Positions 16,321-29,130 of a DNA stretch of 64,000 nucleotides are shown piece by piece; the stretch's first letter is position 1; each line of letters starts with the position of its first letter. Source of the DNA: Eledone cirrhosa. Its lineage: Eukaryota. Location: assembly GCA_964016885.1 (NCBI GenBank), contig OZ024741.1, positions 264,740,001 to 264,804,000 on the forward strand. The letters are read 5' to 3'. The notes under the pieces are model-generated. The model was given only the letters and a program-made list of their open reading frames with translations, was not told the DNA's origin and did not search any database. Position numbers and translations under genes: made by a program.

Positions 16321-16619
16321 TATCATCACCATCGTCGTCATCGTCATAGTCATCATCATCATTATCATCATTAGATAGATAGCTGAATCATAGTTTTTAA
16401 ATGTCAACAGACATCATGTATACATGGCCGTTCTCTCGGTCTTTTACAAAGTGCTGAGATGATAAAGTTAATATAAAGAATGATGTGCTCATGTGCAGAG
16501 ATGCTATATAATACCTTATAAAATAGGGTGAAAACCCTTAAACATGGCAAAAGAAGTTGCCATTGACCACTATAAGCAATCGAACCTCGTATCTTCCAGA
16601 TACCGGCTAGGCGCTTTAA

Positions 16620-17220
16620 CCCTTTACAATTTACATTACTCTATATTTACTATTATATTTTCATAATATCGAATCTATGAGATTTTGATATTATTTATTT
16701 TGAGAACGGGCGGTGGATTGGCAGTATCGGTAGAGAGTCGGACACCGTGCTTTGCAGCATAGAGTTACGGACCTTTGCGGTCTGAGTTCAAATCCCGCCG
16801 AAGTTAACTTTGCCTTTCATCCTTAACGGGTCGATAAAATAAAGTACCAGTAACGTACTGGGGATCGATTTAATCGACTTTCCCTTTCCCCCAAATTACT
16901 GCCCTTGTGCCTATACTAGAAATCATTATTTATTTTTGGCAGTATCGGTAGAGGGTCGGACGCCATGCTTTCCAGCATAGTTACGTCCCTTTACGATCTG
17001 AGTTCAAATCCCGCCGAGGTTGACTTTGCCTTTCATCCTTACGAGGTCGATAAAATAAAGTACCAGTAATGCTGGTCTTGTGCCTAAAAGTAATGCTGGT
17101 CTTGTGCCTTATTTTGAGAACAATACCTTAATATCAGTATGAATGACCAGTTACAGCCGGTTTAAACAGAATGAGGTGAGAGAATTCTGGCCGGTTATGG
17201 CCGGTTTAAATGCTAAAGGG
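16620..17220. mobile_element. piggyBac-like MITE interrupted by a SINE dimer
   Basis: TTAA|ccctttacaattta ... taaatgctaaaggg|TTAA: imperfect TIRs with CCC/GGG ends and a TTAA duplication. Confidence 0.65.
16708..17108 (+). mobile_element. Family A SINE dimer (long plus short form)
   Basis: Two consecutive copies bracketed by ttattttgagaac at 16695-16707 and 17109-17121. Confidence 0.9.
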
Positions 17221-18215
17221 TTAAGTTACATAAAAGACGAACTAGGTTTGTTTGTTTTTTGGTTTGTTTTTAATGGCCATCTTTGATTATAGCGTGTCAC
17301 TTTCACTTTGTCAAACTTTAGCTGTTTTCAGTTCGTTTGGCGGCTGGAGAATAACATATTTCGGAGTTGAGACGCCGTTGTTGCGTGCAGCCATCTTCTT
17401 TTTTTTGGGGGGGGGGGGGGGGGGGGGCAGTTTCAGATACAATTAAGTGTTATTTTTATTGTATTTTATTTTATTGTATTTCTATTAATTTTCTTTTGTT
17501 TTCATTGAATTATTTTTTTTTTATATAGTTGTTAATATTTTTAGTGTTGTTGTTTAAGATGTAAGAGTCTGTATCAGATCAGTTAGATTGTTGTTGTTGC
17601 TGTTGTTGTTGTTGTTGTTGCTGTTGTTGCTGTTGTTGTTGTTGCTGTTTTTGTTGTTGTTGTTGTTGTTGTTGTTAAAGATAAGAAGATATAATTAGTA
17701 AGATTGGTCTCCTAGTAAGTGAACAGATCATAAAGGGACTCCACCGTGAGGTTAAATACTTAAAATTAGTCAATTAAAGAGTTATAACCACAATAATAAT
17801 AACCTAGCAATCATGTATGTATACAAATTAATGTAATCTTCTTCTTTCTTCTTTCTTCTTCTTTCTTTCTTTCTTTCTTTCTTCCTTTTCTTCTTTTTTC
17901 TTTCTTCTTCTTCTTCTTCTTCTTCTTCTTCTTCTTCTTCTTCTTCTTCTTCTAACGACACTACATCACCGCCACGAGAAAAGAAGCTGTCCACAACCCT
18001 GCACCCTAAAAAATAAAATAATATATCGCCCACAACCGTAAAACAAACGGAATAAAACATAACAACCAGATAGCAAGGTGTTAAAGACCGAAAGACTTTC
18101 TTGAGCTGTGTTTCTTCTCTGAAGACTTTCTGTTGTCCAACTCTCCTGAGAGTTTCTTACCATTAGAAGGAAATCAATCGACAAAATCCCAGACATCATT
18201 CGCTTACCGAGTGAG

Positions 18216-18415
18216 ATGGACCTCGTCAAATCGGACCAAGGGAACAATGTTTCCATTGGTTTTTCCATTGTTGATATTATCTACAACTCCTGGCAGAAGA
18301 AGCAATGTGAAATAAAATGTCTTGCTCAAGGACATAACACAACACCCAATCCGGGTATCGTACTCGCAACCGGACAATTGCGAATCCAGTTCTCTAACCA
18401 TTGAACCACAGGTTT
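18216..18415 (-). mobile_element. tRNA-derived SINE (family C)
   Basis: Minus strand reads gtggttagagaa...tgtccttgagcaagacattttatttcac...aaacattgttcccttggtccgatttgacga. Homologous to 23033-23225. Confidence 0.7.
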
Positions 18416-19249
18416 TCACTGGCAAGAGAAAAATAAAGAAAAAAGAAAAATAAAGAAAGCCAGACAAACTCCCTTGTGTGCGCTATTACCTACATTATGC
18501 CCGAAAAAAAAAGTAAAGAAACATGGGATGGGCACAGCTGGATTACCATCAAATTAGGGATGACCCTTGTCTAAACGACAAATTAATTATTGTCTCCCCT
18601 TAATTAATGGAGAGAAGGTTTATACTTAGCCTAATAAATCCATTAATCATTTTTATATATTCTTTCCTTATTTTTCTTCTCCTAATCGTTAAATGAGTTT
18701 TATCTTTAAATCCACATTAATCTTAATTAGGATAGATCCCCGATAATCCATTGTCATTTCACTATTCTCTGTCACAGGATTTAGCTATTTATTCATTTGT
18801 ATTTCATTCCGTTTTATGAACAAAAAATGAGTTTATAGTGGTGTATATAAAAGCATATACAATATGTTTATATATAATATACACACGAGAGCCTCGCTAT
18901 CAAAGAAAAAAGTTTTTCGTTATGAAAAAATTATTATTTTTTTGTTCTGTGAACATATCAGAGATATCTCAGGGTGCAAAAAAAAATGTGTACTTTGATA
19001 GTGCGGCTCTTGTGTGTTTATCGTATATAAACATATACCTCTATTATGCTCAACGCTATCTTAGTGCTCTCTGGTGCTTTCTTGTTCTTTCTGTTAAGCC
19101 AACACAGACATACTAGCTAGTATATACTGACAGAAACGTATCTATATCATCTGTATAACTAGAAATATGTCACCAATACTTGTGCTACACTTTAACGTTC
19201 TTTCTTTAACTTTCTGTTATATTCAAGTTTGATATGTCACTGTGTTCCA

Positions 19250-19666
19250 CACTAACACCACCACTACCTCCAGCACCTCCAACACCACCAACCCTACCAA
19301 CACTACCACCAGCACCACCACCACTAGCACCACTACCAACAACAACATTAACACTACCACCAGCAACAACAACACCACTAACACTACTACCAACACCACC
19401 AACCCCACCACCAACCCAACTAACACCACCAACACTACCACCAACCCTAACAACACCACCACACCTAACAACACCACTAACGCTACCAGCACCAACACTA
19501 CCACCACCAACACTACCACCACCAACACTACCACCACCAACACTACCACCATCAACACTACCACCATCAACACCACTAACACTACCACCACCACTACTAA
19601 CACCACCACCACCATCAACACCACCACCACCACCACCATCAACACCACCAACACCACCAACACCAC
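19250..19666. repeat. (ACC/ACT/AAC)n trinucleotide tract
   Basis: Directly visible. Confidence 0.9.
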
Positions 19667-19784
19667 GCTGTAACAACTCTATCACCAGGAATTCGCTGAA
19701 ACCGATTTATTCAATTCTTAATAAGCTCACTTTCAATTTATTTACTCTTGTTGCAGGCTTCTTTTACATTAATACAGTAAATTG

Positions 19785-19833
19785 TCTACTATATATATAA
19801 GTATGTATGTATGTGTGTATGTATGTATGTATG

Positions 19834-19911
<78 letters not shown>

Positions 19912-20843
19912 AGAGAATGTCTGTCTGTCTGTCTGTCTGACTCCCTAAAACTCGAGAACCACCCAACCGATTGTTTTCAAACTTTATACATGTAATACTT
20001 ATGGTCCTGTGAGTGTTTTGAGTAAAAGATATTTCAAATTTTCAATGCCCTAGGGACGCATTAGGCGATTTAGTGATCTCTCTCTAAAATTCTTAGTCTT
20101 TCTTTTTAGATAGATACATAGATATAACGTTGTGCCCTTATAATATCTGTCTGTATGTCTGGCTGTCTGCATTACGACATTATGCTGCTATATGTGTGTG
20201 TATATATGTATATAAGAATTATAGAGAGATCGCTAAATCGCCTAATGCGGTCCCTAGGGCATTGAAAATTTTAAAAAGATTTTTGCTCAAAACACTCACA
20301 GGACCATAAGTATTACATGTGTAAAGTTTGAAAACAATCGGTTAGGTGGTTCTCGAGTTTTAGGGAGTTAGACAGACATTCTCTGTTTTATATATATATA
20401 TATAATATAAGATCAAAAGATGGTTAAAAGAGTTCCATGTATTTTATTATGCGCATTTCAAAAACAAATATCATCATGGGATGGATGATATTTGCGTTCT
20501 CATCAGATAAAATAGGGAGACATGATATGAAGCTTAAAAAACACTTGCGAGCAGTGAAGTGGAAAATCAACATATCAACATATATATATATATTCGTGTA
20601 CAGATTTTTTGCATACACAATAACAAAATATAAACAAAAGTATTTATTTCGCGATAAAGTATTTATTTCTTCGCACGGAAAAAAAAACGATGGTAATCTA
20701 CGACGAAGTGTTTCATAAGCACAAACTGTAGACACGATCCCGAGGCCGAGGTATTCCGTACTTCTCTGTACTGTTTCAGAAAGGAAGGATAAACATGCCA
20801 ATCTATGTTTAGAACCCCGAGCAACGCCGGGCCATTCTGCTAG
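19785..20843 (+). mobile_element. Non-autonomous Helitron-like element with an internal inverted copy of its 5' part
   Basis: 5' TCTACTATA...(TA)n...gaatgtctgtctgtctg; 3' cgagcaacgccgggccattctgCTAG|T. 19910-20082 is repeated in inverted orientation at 20222-20388. Confidence 0.7.
20440..20514 (-). ncRNA. Type I hammerhead ribozyme (family H2)
   Basis: Minus strand: tattttat CTGATGA gaacgcaaatatcatc-catcccat-gatgatatttgttttt GAAA t-gcgc-a TA ataaaata. Has an 8-bp stem I, a long stem II, a palindromic TGCGCA stem III and an AUA cleavage triplet. Confidence 0.8.
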
Positions 20844-20876
<33 letters not shown>

Positions 20877-21036
20877 ATACTTTGGGAGGGTCATGTTGCC
20901 AATAAGAAACACACGCACCAGTTGCTTTCACTTCAATTTATTATATATTTATAAATTTATAAATTTACAAATTTACAAACTTATAAATTTCTGGTTGGTT
21001 GGTTGGTTCCACAACCAGATAGTTGTTTATATATAT

Positions 21037-21081
21037 AGTCATAGTCCTTTCGTCACACACTCTGTGACCTCTTCAGTGACT
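21037..21081 (-). ncRNA. Minimal hammerhead motif (H3, left arm)
   Basis: Mirror image of 21185-21229. Confidence 0.62.
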
Positions 21082-21184
21082 GGGGATTCCTTTCTTTGTT
21101 TCTGTGCCTTTCCTTTCTTCTATCCTACCAAAATGGCGTAGGATAGAAGAAAGGAAAGGCACAGAAATAAAGAAAGGAATCCCC

Positions 21185-21229
21185 AGTCACTGAAGAGGTC
21201 ACAGAGTGTGTGACGAAAGGACTATGACT
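21185..21229 (+). ncRNA. Minimal hammerhead motif (H3, right arm)
   Basis: agtca CTGAAGA g gtcac-agagtgt-gtgac GAAA ggac TA tgact: 5-bp stem I, 5-bp stem II, vestigial stem III. Confidence 0.65.
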
Positions 21230-21451
21230 ATATATATAAACAACTATCTGGTTGTGGAACCAACCAACCAACCAGAAATTTATAAGTTTGTAAATTTGTA
21301 AATTTATAAATTTATAAATATATAATAAATTGAAGTGAAAGCAACTGGTGCGTGTGTTTCTTATTGGCAACATGACCCTCCCAAAGTATAACAATATCGG
21401 TTTCAACTCACGATTTCAGATAAAAAATCTTGCTAAACAAATTCAGAAACG

Positions 21452-21503
<52 letters not shown>

Positions 21504-21628
21504 TCATATATATATATATTTTTTCCCTACTATATCGAGCGTTAAACTAATATGTAGATATTTTCATTGTACTGTATTGTTTTCTTTGCTGTTTTCCGTT
21601 TACTTTTCGCGCACACGCGCGCGCACAC

Positions 21629-21675
<47 letters not shown>

Positions 21676-21894
21676 CACGTATGTCCACCAACCCATACAG
21701 GCAGACATGCTTATATATGATGTCCTATTCTTCCTCCCTCTTTCTCTCATTCTCTACCCATCTCTCTCTCTCCTCTCTCTTCCGCTCTCTTTCTCTCTAT
21801 CTCTCTCTCAAACTATTCCTCTTATTCTCTACCTCTGCTCTACAACTCCTTTTCATCACCCCCCTGACTCCCGTTCGTTTTCTGTTTCCTGTAT

Positions 21895-22500
21895 CGCATC
21901 ACCACCATCACTACCATCACTACTATCACCCCTACCTCCACTACCAGCACCACCACTACCACCATTACCACCACCACCCCTACCTCCTCTACCATTACCA
22001 CCATCACCACCACTACCCCCAACTACCCCCCCCCCCCCCCACCACCACCACCACCACCTCTACCACCATCACTACCACCATTACCACCATCACCCTTACC
22101 CCCAACTACCGCCACCACCATCACCCCCACCACCACCACTACAACCATTCCCATCATCACCCCTACCTCCACTACCACCACCACTACCACCATCACCCCT
22201 ACCACCACTACCACCACCACCACCACCACCACCACTACCACCATTACCACCATCATCCCTACATCCACTATCACCATGACCACTACTACCATTACCACCA
22301 CCACTACCACCACTGCCATCACCCACCACTATCACCACCACCATTTCATCATCACTACCACAACCACCACCACCACCACCACTACCACCACCACCACTAC
22401 CACCACCACCACTACCACCACCATTACTACCACCACCACCACCACCACCACCACCACTACCACCACCACTACCACCACCACCATCACCACCACCACCAAT
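21895..22500. repeat. (CAC/CAT/TAC)n tract
   Basis: Directly visible. Confidence 0.9.
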
Positions 22501-22991
22501 AACTCATCCGTCTCTTTCTTGTTGATTTCACACACATATCTCTCTTCCTTACCAAAACCATTTCCTATAAACTCCCCATTTTATCATTCCAAGTCCATCC
22601 TTTACAACAATTCCTCTTTCCTGTTTATCACTTCCGGCCCCTTCCTTTTCCTCCTCTTACATTCCTTATTTTTATTTGTTGTTTCCTCTTGTTTTTTTTG
22701 TTTTTTTGTGTATCTGTCCAGTCTTTCATCTTTGTTAGCTTTCCTGCTTTTCTTAAACTTTCACTGATTTTCGAAGTATTTGGTGTTTTTTTCTCCACGT
22801 TTCCCCCAAAGAAGCAATCGTTATACGTAACGTTGAGCAAATTTAAATGTTGAAAGTATGTCAGATTTTACTGTTAAATAGTCGACCATGTTGACCGTAT
22901 AAACTCTTATTACAAGAAGGAAGAAATTGTGTATTTAGTCAGCCATTTTGGAGATATGCCTCTCTCTGTATCTATATATCTATATCTATAT

Positions 22992-23032
<41 letters not shown>

Positions 23033-23035
<3 letters not shown>

Positions 23036-23225
23036 GGTAGAGAATTGCATTCACAATCTTGAAGTTGTCGGTTCGATTCCTGGACCGGGCGATGCGTTAT
23101 GTCCTTGCGCAAGACACTTTATTTCACGTTGCTCCTTCTACCTGGAGTTGCGACCGGTAGAGAGTATTAGCAACTGGAAAGACCGACGAAAACATTGTTT
23201 CCTCGGTCCGATTTGACGAAAGTCG
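23033..23225 (+). mobile_element. tRNA-derived SINE (family C)
   Basis: B box ggttcgattcc and tgtccttgcgcaagacactttatttcac. Homologous to 18216-18415. Confidence 0.7.
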
Positions 23226-23271
23226 ATCGATCCTTATATATATGTGTGTGTATGTATATATATATATATAT

Positions 23272-23607
23272 ATGCTGAGGATGGCTCTGAACATTAATCA
23301 GTATACACTGAAGATGAAAAACTCAGAGCTGTATGGGAGCCTCCCAAAAGTCAGCTCAAAAGTGACACAGAGGAGACTGGGGTTAGCTGGACATGCTCAC
23401 CGACATCCAGAGTTGCCATTTCACTCAGTGCTCCTGTGGGAGCCCCTACATGGACACACTGGAAGAGGAAGACCAAGGTTAACGTATGTTGATGCTCTAA
23501 GGACAGACACTGGTCTGTTGGAGACGCAGGACATGGCAGCGATAATGAGGGACAGAGACAGCTGGAGAGAACTCGTCCATGGATCTCGGGAATTTTACCC
23601 GCCCTAG
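23272..23607 (+). mobile_element. 5'-truncated RTE-group LINE, ORF C-terminus
   Basis: MLRMALNI...RRLGLAGHAHRHPE...LLWEPLHGHTGRGRPRLTYVDALRTDTG...MRDRDSWRELV, the typical RTE post-RT RRLxxxGH / RGRP / DRxxWR motifs. Confidence 0.85.
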
Positions 23608-23959
23608 ATATGTGCGTGTGTGTGTGTGTGTATATAAACAACTTAACAAAAGAAGAGGCGGGGAAACGCATGTTTCACTGGTGATATTTTATTGCCAATA
23701 AAATAAAATTAAAAAAAAAATAAATATCCCATAGTGTGTACCTTTGTCTCACGTGCTTTGAGGAAGCATTCACTCGGTAAAGATGGAGCTATCAGTACCC
23801 TAAGTGTCAAACCTTTGCATTGGTATGTTATGTAAGGCAGAGAAATCCTGGATAGGCCACCTCATCCCTTATCTCCGGACATACCAGACCACACATACAA
23901 ACCAATTCTGAGTCTAGGTCATCTCTCACCACCATCTACGAACAAGATGCATTATATAT

Positions 23960-24098
23960 AGAGTTACGGCCCTTGCCATTCTGAGTTCAAATCCCGCTGA
24001 GGTTAACTTTGCCTTTCATCCTTACGGGGTCGATAAAATAAAAGTACCAGTAATGTACTGGGCAATTGCTGGCCTTGTGCCAATAGTAAAAACAATTA
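23960..24098 (+). mobile_element. 5'-truncated family A SINE
   Basis: B box, core and tail present. Confidence 0.85.
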
Positions 24099-24336
24099 TA
24101 TATAGTTAAGTACAGTGTATCATATATAATGTAATGAGTCGAAAATATTGTTTAATTAATTGAAATTATTGCCTTAATGAGGAGAAATTCATTAGTGTTA
24201 ATGAACATTCCTTACAAAGGGTTCAGGGAGTGTACTCTTGGAATTTCAATTGGTGAAATATTTATTTTAAAAATCCTTAGTTCCAAGTAATAAAGGAGAA
24301 ATCTAAAATGAATTTAACAGCTTCTCTCTCCCTCCT

Positions 24337-24375
<39 letters not shown>

Positions 24376-24719
24376 CTCTCTTATTATCTCTCTCTCTCTC
24401 TCTCATTCTCTCACTCACCCTCTCTCCTTCTCATTCTCTCTCTCAATCTCTCCCATTCTCTCTCTTTCTCTCATTCTCACCCCCTCCCCTCTTCTCCCTC
24501 TCTATCTCTATGTTTTAAGGCAGAGATGGACTCTTCCACGATGTAATTGCATTAGTTTCAATACAATAACGAGTCAACTCAGAGATTTCAAAAGCTTCTC
24601 TCAAATTACAAAATCCCAGAGAGACCCCAATGTGTTGTCTACACAGCTACACAACATCTCACATAACATTTGTGTTGCCTAGACAACCACTGTATCTCAC
24701 ATCGAATTTACAAAACAAG

Positions 24720-25485
24720 TGATTGTTTCTACTTCTCGTTCAAGGCCAGTAATTTAAAGAGAAGGGGGAAAGTCGTTTAAATCGATCCTAATGAATTACT
24801 GGTATTTTATTTTATCGACCCCATAAGGATGAAAGGCAAAACTAACCTCGGCGCGATTTGAACTCAGAATGTAAAGGGCTATAACTATATGCTGCAATGC
24901 ATTTTCTCCGACGCTCTACCGATTACGGCCAATCGTTCGCCTTTAAATAATTGTTTCTAGTTTTGGCACAAGGCCAGCAATTACTCAGTGCATTACTGGT
25001 ACTTTATTTTATCGACCCCGTAAGGATGAAAGGCAAAGTTAACTTCGGCGGGATTTGAACTCAGAATGGCAAGGGCCGTAACTCTATGCGTCAAAGCATG
25101 GCGTCCGACCCTCTACCGATAAATAATGTTGTTTGATTTAGACACAAGGCTAACAATTTGTGGCTGGGAAAGTCGATTAAATCGACCCCAGTACATGATT
25201 GGTACTTTATTGTATTGACCCCGTAAGGATGAAAGGCAAAGCTTACCTCGACCGGATTTGAACTTAGAACATAAAGGGCCATAATTCTAAGCCACAAAGC
25301 ATGTTGTCCGACGCTATACTACAATAATTGTTTCTGATTTAGACACAAGGCCAACAATTTTGGGGTGAGGGGAAAGTCGATTACTGAAACCTTATTTTAT
25401 CGACCCCGTAGGGATGAAAGGCAAAGCTAACCTCGGTGGGAATTGAACTCAGCATGTTGCCGGAAGTTATACCGATACTGCCAAT
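24720..25485 (-). mobile_element. Four tandem family A SINE copies
   Basis: Core atcgaccccgtaaggatgaaaggcaaag at about 24810, 25010, 25215 and 25400. Confidence 0.9.
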
Positions 25486-25790
25486 ACACTACCATCAATA
25501 ACAAATTAATTAATAAACTATATACAGGCGGTGGTGAATGTGATTTTTGGTTGATTTGATAAAACACTACACGTTTCCGCATTATTACACTAGCTCATCA
25601 AAGTATGCCATAAAGCTAGCCACCGCAGTCACTACTGTAAGTCTATATAACTTTGTAATAAAACTAATTAATTGGTTATTCAGCTTAAACTGGAAATATT
25701 AGGAAATTCATTTGCACGAAAAACATATAGTTAAGTGCAGTCAACCATAGTTAATATAGTGAGCTAAAACTAATTTTCAATGTATTAAAT

Positions 25791-25953
25791 CAGGCATGGG
25801 CAACACTTTTCGAACAATGGGCCGCCTAGGATGTGGTTCATTATACGGCAGACCACATGACTAAATACTTCAAGGCAAATTTAAAATTAGACGTGCCATT
25901 CAGAAACCAAACGGGTCATATGCAGCTCGCGGGCCACAGTTTGCCCATGATTG
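25791..25953. mobile_element. hAT (Charlie-like) MITE
   Basis: TIRs caggcatgggcaa / ttgcccatgattg. 8-bp flanks tattaaat and tattaaag (7 of 8 identical). Confidence 0.75.
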
Positions 25954-26127
25954 TATTAAAGCTATAATCGTATGGAAAAGAAAATGTATTATCGTTAGTA
26001 AATATTAAGTCTCAGAGGGGGAAGAAAGGGGGGAAATTCCTAAAATTCAATTTACTAAAACTCAAATGGAGATATTCAAGGAAGGAACATTGCGTGTGTG
26101 TGTGTGTGATTTTTGTTGCATGAACAC

Positions 26128-26460
26128 GATATGACCGAATGGTTAAGAAGTTTGCTAGGCAATCATTAGGTTCAGGGTTCGAACCACTGTTTGATATCTT
26201 GAAAAAATGTCATTTACAATAGTGGCAGCAGGGACCCAATTCTTGCGAGTAAAAACTGAATGGAAGGGAACTCTTTAGAGCCCTGTCGGATGGACTGAAG
26301 CTGTTATTCGCAAAAGGTTAGCCTTTTTCACATAATTTCACGCTGAATCTCCCTGAGAATTAAGTTAAGGCTACACATGTTTGTTGAATGCTTGAGCAGG
26401 CTGTTCCGTTCATCAAACAACTGCAAATCTCATCGTCGAAACTGACGGAAGTCCAATGCA
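26128..26460 (+). mobile_element. Diverged tRNA-derived SINE (family B)
   Basis: gaccgaatggttaag A box and gggttcgaacc B box. Shares its body with 16045-16320. Confidence 0.6.
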
Positions 26461-26604
26461 ATTTTGGTGTTTATTTTCGGGTTGTTTTTTCTCCCTTACA
26501 TTTGGCATTTTCCACTTTCTTTAGTTTTTCCTCCCGCCTCTGCTTTTCTCTCGGTCTCTCCCCCCCCTCTCTCTCTCTATCTCTCTCCCTCTCTCCCTCT
26601 CCCT

Positions 26605-26636
<32 letters not shown>

Positions 26637-27042
26637 CTGCCCTCTCCGTTCCACTAAATTTCCCAATCTCTCATTCAGCTACTGTGAAGGTCGTACATAC
26701 GTACATGTCACAAAATTAAGTCTGCCATTCCCAACGATTCATTCCCTACATTGTAACACGATAGCTACAGACTGTGTGCTACCCATCACCGTGTGATAAT
26801 GGCATATTTGAGAAGTCTTCAGACGGAAGTATGATCATTGAGGGGTCATCAGTAGCTAGGGATGGAAGTGGAGAGGAGAGAGGGGACCTCAATAGATATA
26901 AGGTCTTATTGACGTTGATGTACGTACGTAAATATCGCTGCTTTCGCCCGTCAGATAGGAAGGATAAGGGACCAACAGATTCTACTGTCATGTCTCTCCG
27001 CCATTTTGTGTGTGTGTGTGTAGTTGAGTGCTTGTCTGTGTG

Positions 27043-27269
27043 TGTGGAGCTGAATGGTTGACTGTATGTGTAACTGGGAGGCTGGCTGTGTGTGTGTGTG
27101 TGTGTGGAGCTGAATGGTTGACTGTATGTGTAGCTGGGAGACTGGCTGTGTGTGTGTGTGTGTGTGTGTGTGGAGCTGAATGGTTGACTGTATGTGTAGC
27201 TGGGAGGCTGGCTGTGTGTGTGTGTGTGTGTGGAGCTGAATGGTTGACTATGTGTGGCTGGGAGACTGT

Positions 27270-27305
<36 letters not shown>
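27043..27305. repeat. Four-copy minisatellite, about 44-bp core plus (TG)n
   Basis: tggagctgaatggttgactgtatgtgtagctgggag repeated four times. Confidence 0.9.
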
Positions 27306-27307
<2 letters not shown>

Positions 27308-27308
27308 C

Positions 27309-27375
27309 TCCTACCATCATTCGTGGCCCTGAGATACTTGAACTTCTCTTCCTGCTTCAGTGGAACTCCATCCTT
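27309..27375 (-). mobile_element. Short LINE reverse-transcriptase remnant
   Basis: DGVPLKQEEKFKYLRATNDG resembles the LxxVxxFKYLG motif of RT domain 7. Confidence 0.45.
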
Positions 27376-28184
27376 TGACTGTAATAGATTATTAATGCTA
27401 TTGATATAAACCTTACATAGATATCTGCACTGAAGAGGTTTCAAAAGGTCGGAACATGTCTTCTTATTTCATAAATAGGAAAATATTTTTATTTTAATTT
27501 TATCTTGTGTTTATCTTGTGGCTTATGAATAAAATAAAGGGAAGGGGAGAATTCCTCGACCCCTCTCTTTCTCTCTCACACACACAATCTCTTTTTCCCT
27601 TTGTCTCTTTCTCTCTATCTGTCTGTCTCTTTCTCTCTCTCTCTCTCCCTCTATCTATTTATCTCTCACTTTGTCTCTCTCCCCCTCTTTTTCCTTCTCT
27701 TTTTTCTTTCTCTCTCTCTCACTTTTCCCCACCCCTCTCTCTCTCTTTCTTATCCTTTCTCTCTCTCTCTCTTACCCTCTCTAAGTTTCCCACCTCTTTC
27801 TCTCCTCTCTATCTCTCTTTCTTATCCTCTCTCTCTCTCACCCTCCCTCACAGTCTCCTCCTCCTCTCTCTCTCTCATGCTCTCTCACAGTTTCCTCTTT
27901 CTCCCACCCTCTCTCACAATCTCCTCTCTCTCACAGTTTCCTCCCCCCTCTCTCACAATCTCCTCCTCTCTCCCTTTCTATCACACACTCCCCCTATATC
28001 TCCCCCTCTCTTTCCCCCTCTCTATCGCACACTCCCCCTATCTCTCCCCCTCTCTCTCTCCCTCTATCCTCCTCTCTACCATAATTACTATATACTCCAC
28101 TTGACAGTAAACAAGACGTCAATCTCCTAATTTAGATTTCAAACGAAAGTCAAATAATCAAATATGTCGGCCGTTGTCCTCCAT

Positions 28185-29130
28185 CACATCCACCACTACA
28201 ACCACCTCCACCTCCACCACCACCACTACAACCACCTCCACCTCCACCACCACCACTACAACCACATCCACCTCCACCACTACAACCACCTCCACCTCCA
28301 CCACCACCACTACAACCACCTCCACCTCCACCGCCACCACCTCCACCTCCACCACTACCACTACAACCACCTCCACCACCACCACTACAACCACCTCCAC
28401 CACCACCACTACAACCACCTCCACCTCCACCACCACTACAACCACCTCCACCTCCACCACCACCACTACAACCACCTCCACCTCCACCACCACCACTACA
28501 ACCACCTCCACCACCACTACAACCACCTCCACCACCACCACTACAACCACCTCCACCTCCACCACCACCACTACAACCACCTCCACCTCCACCACCACTA
28601 CAACCACCTCCACCTCCACCACCACCACTACAACCACCTCCACCACCACCACTACAACCACCTCCACCTCCACCACCACTACAACCACCACCACTACAAC
28701 CACCACTACAACCACCTCCACCTCCACCACCACCACTACAACCACCTCCACCACCACTACAACCACCACCACTACAACCACCTCCACCCCCACCACCACC
28801 ACTACAACCACCTCCACCACCACTACAACCACCTCCAGCTCCACCACCACTACAACCACCTCCACCACTACCACCACCTCATCCACCTCCACCACCACCA
28901 CCTCCTCCAACTCCTCCACCTCCACCACCACCTCAACCTTCACCACCTCAACCTCCTCCACCACCACCACCTCCACCTCCACCACCACCTCTCCACCTCC
29001 ACCACCACTACCACCACCACCACCACCACCATCACCACTACCCCCTTATCCACCACCCCCTCCACCTCCACCACCACCTCCACAACCACCACCTCCACCA
29101 CCTCCTCCACCACCACTACCTCCTCCACCT
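28185..29130. repeat. (CAC/CTC/TAC)-based minisatellite
   Basis: ccaccactacaaccacctcca units. Confidence 0.93.

Larger units (their letters stand above)
20869..21455. mobile_element. TA-embedded Penelope-like terminal element forming a 529-bp palindrome (family H3)
   Basis: 20869-21128 is the reverse complement of 21138-21397, with one mismatch seen and a 9-nt spacer. The same family is at 43985-44602. Confidence 0.8.
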
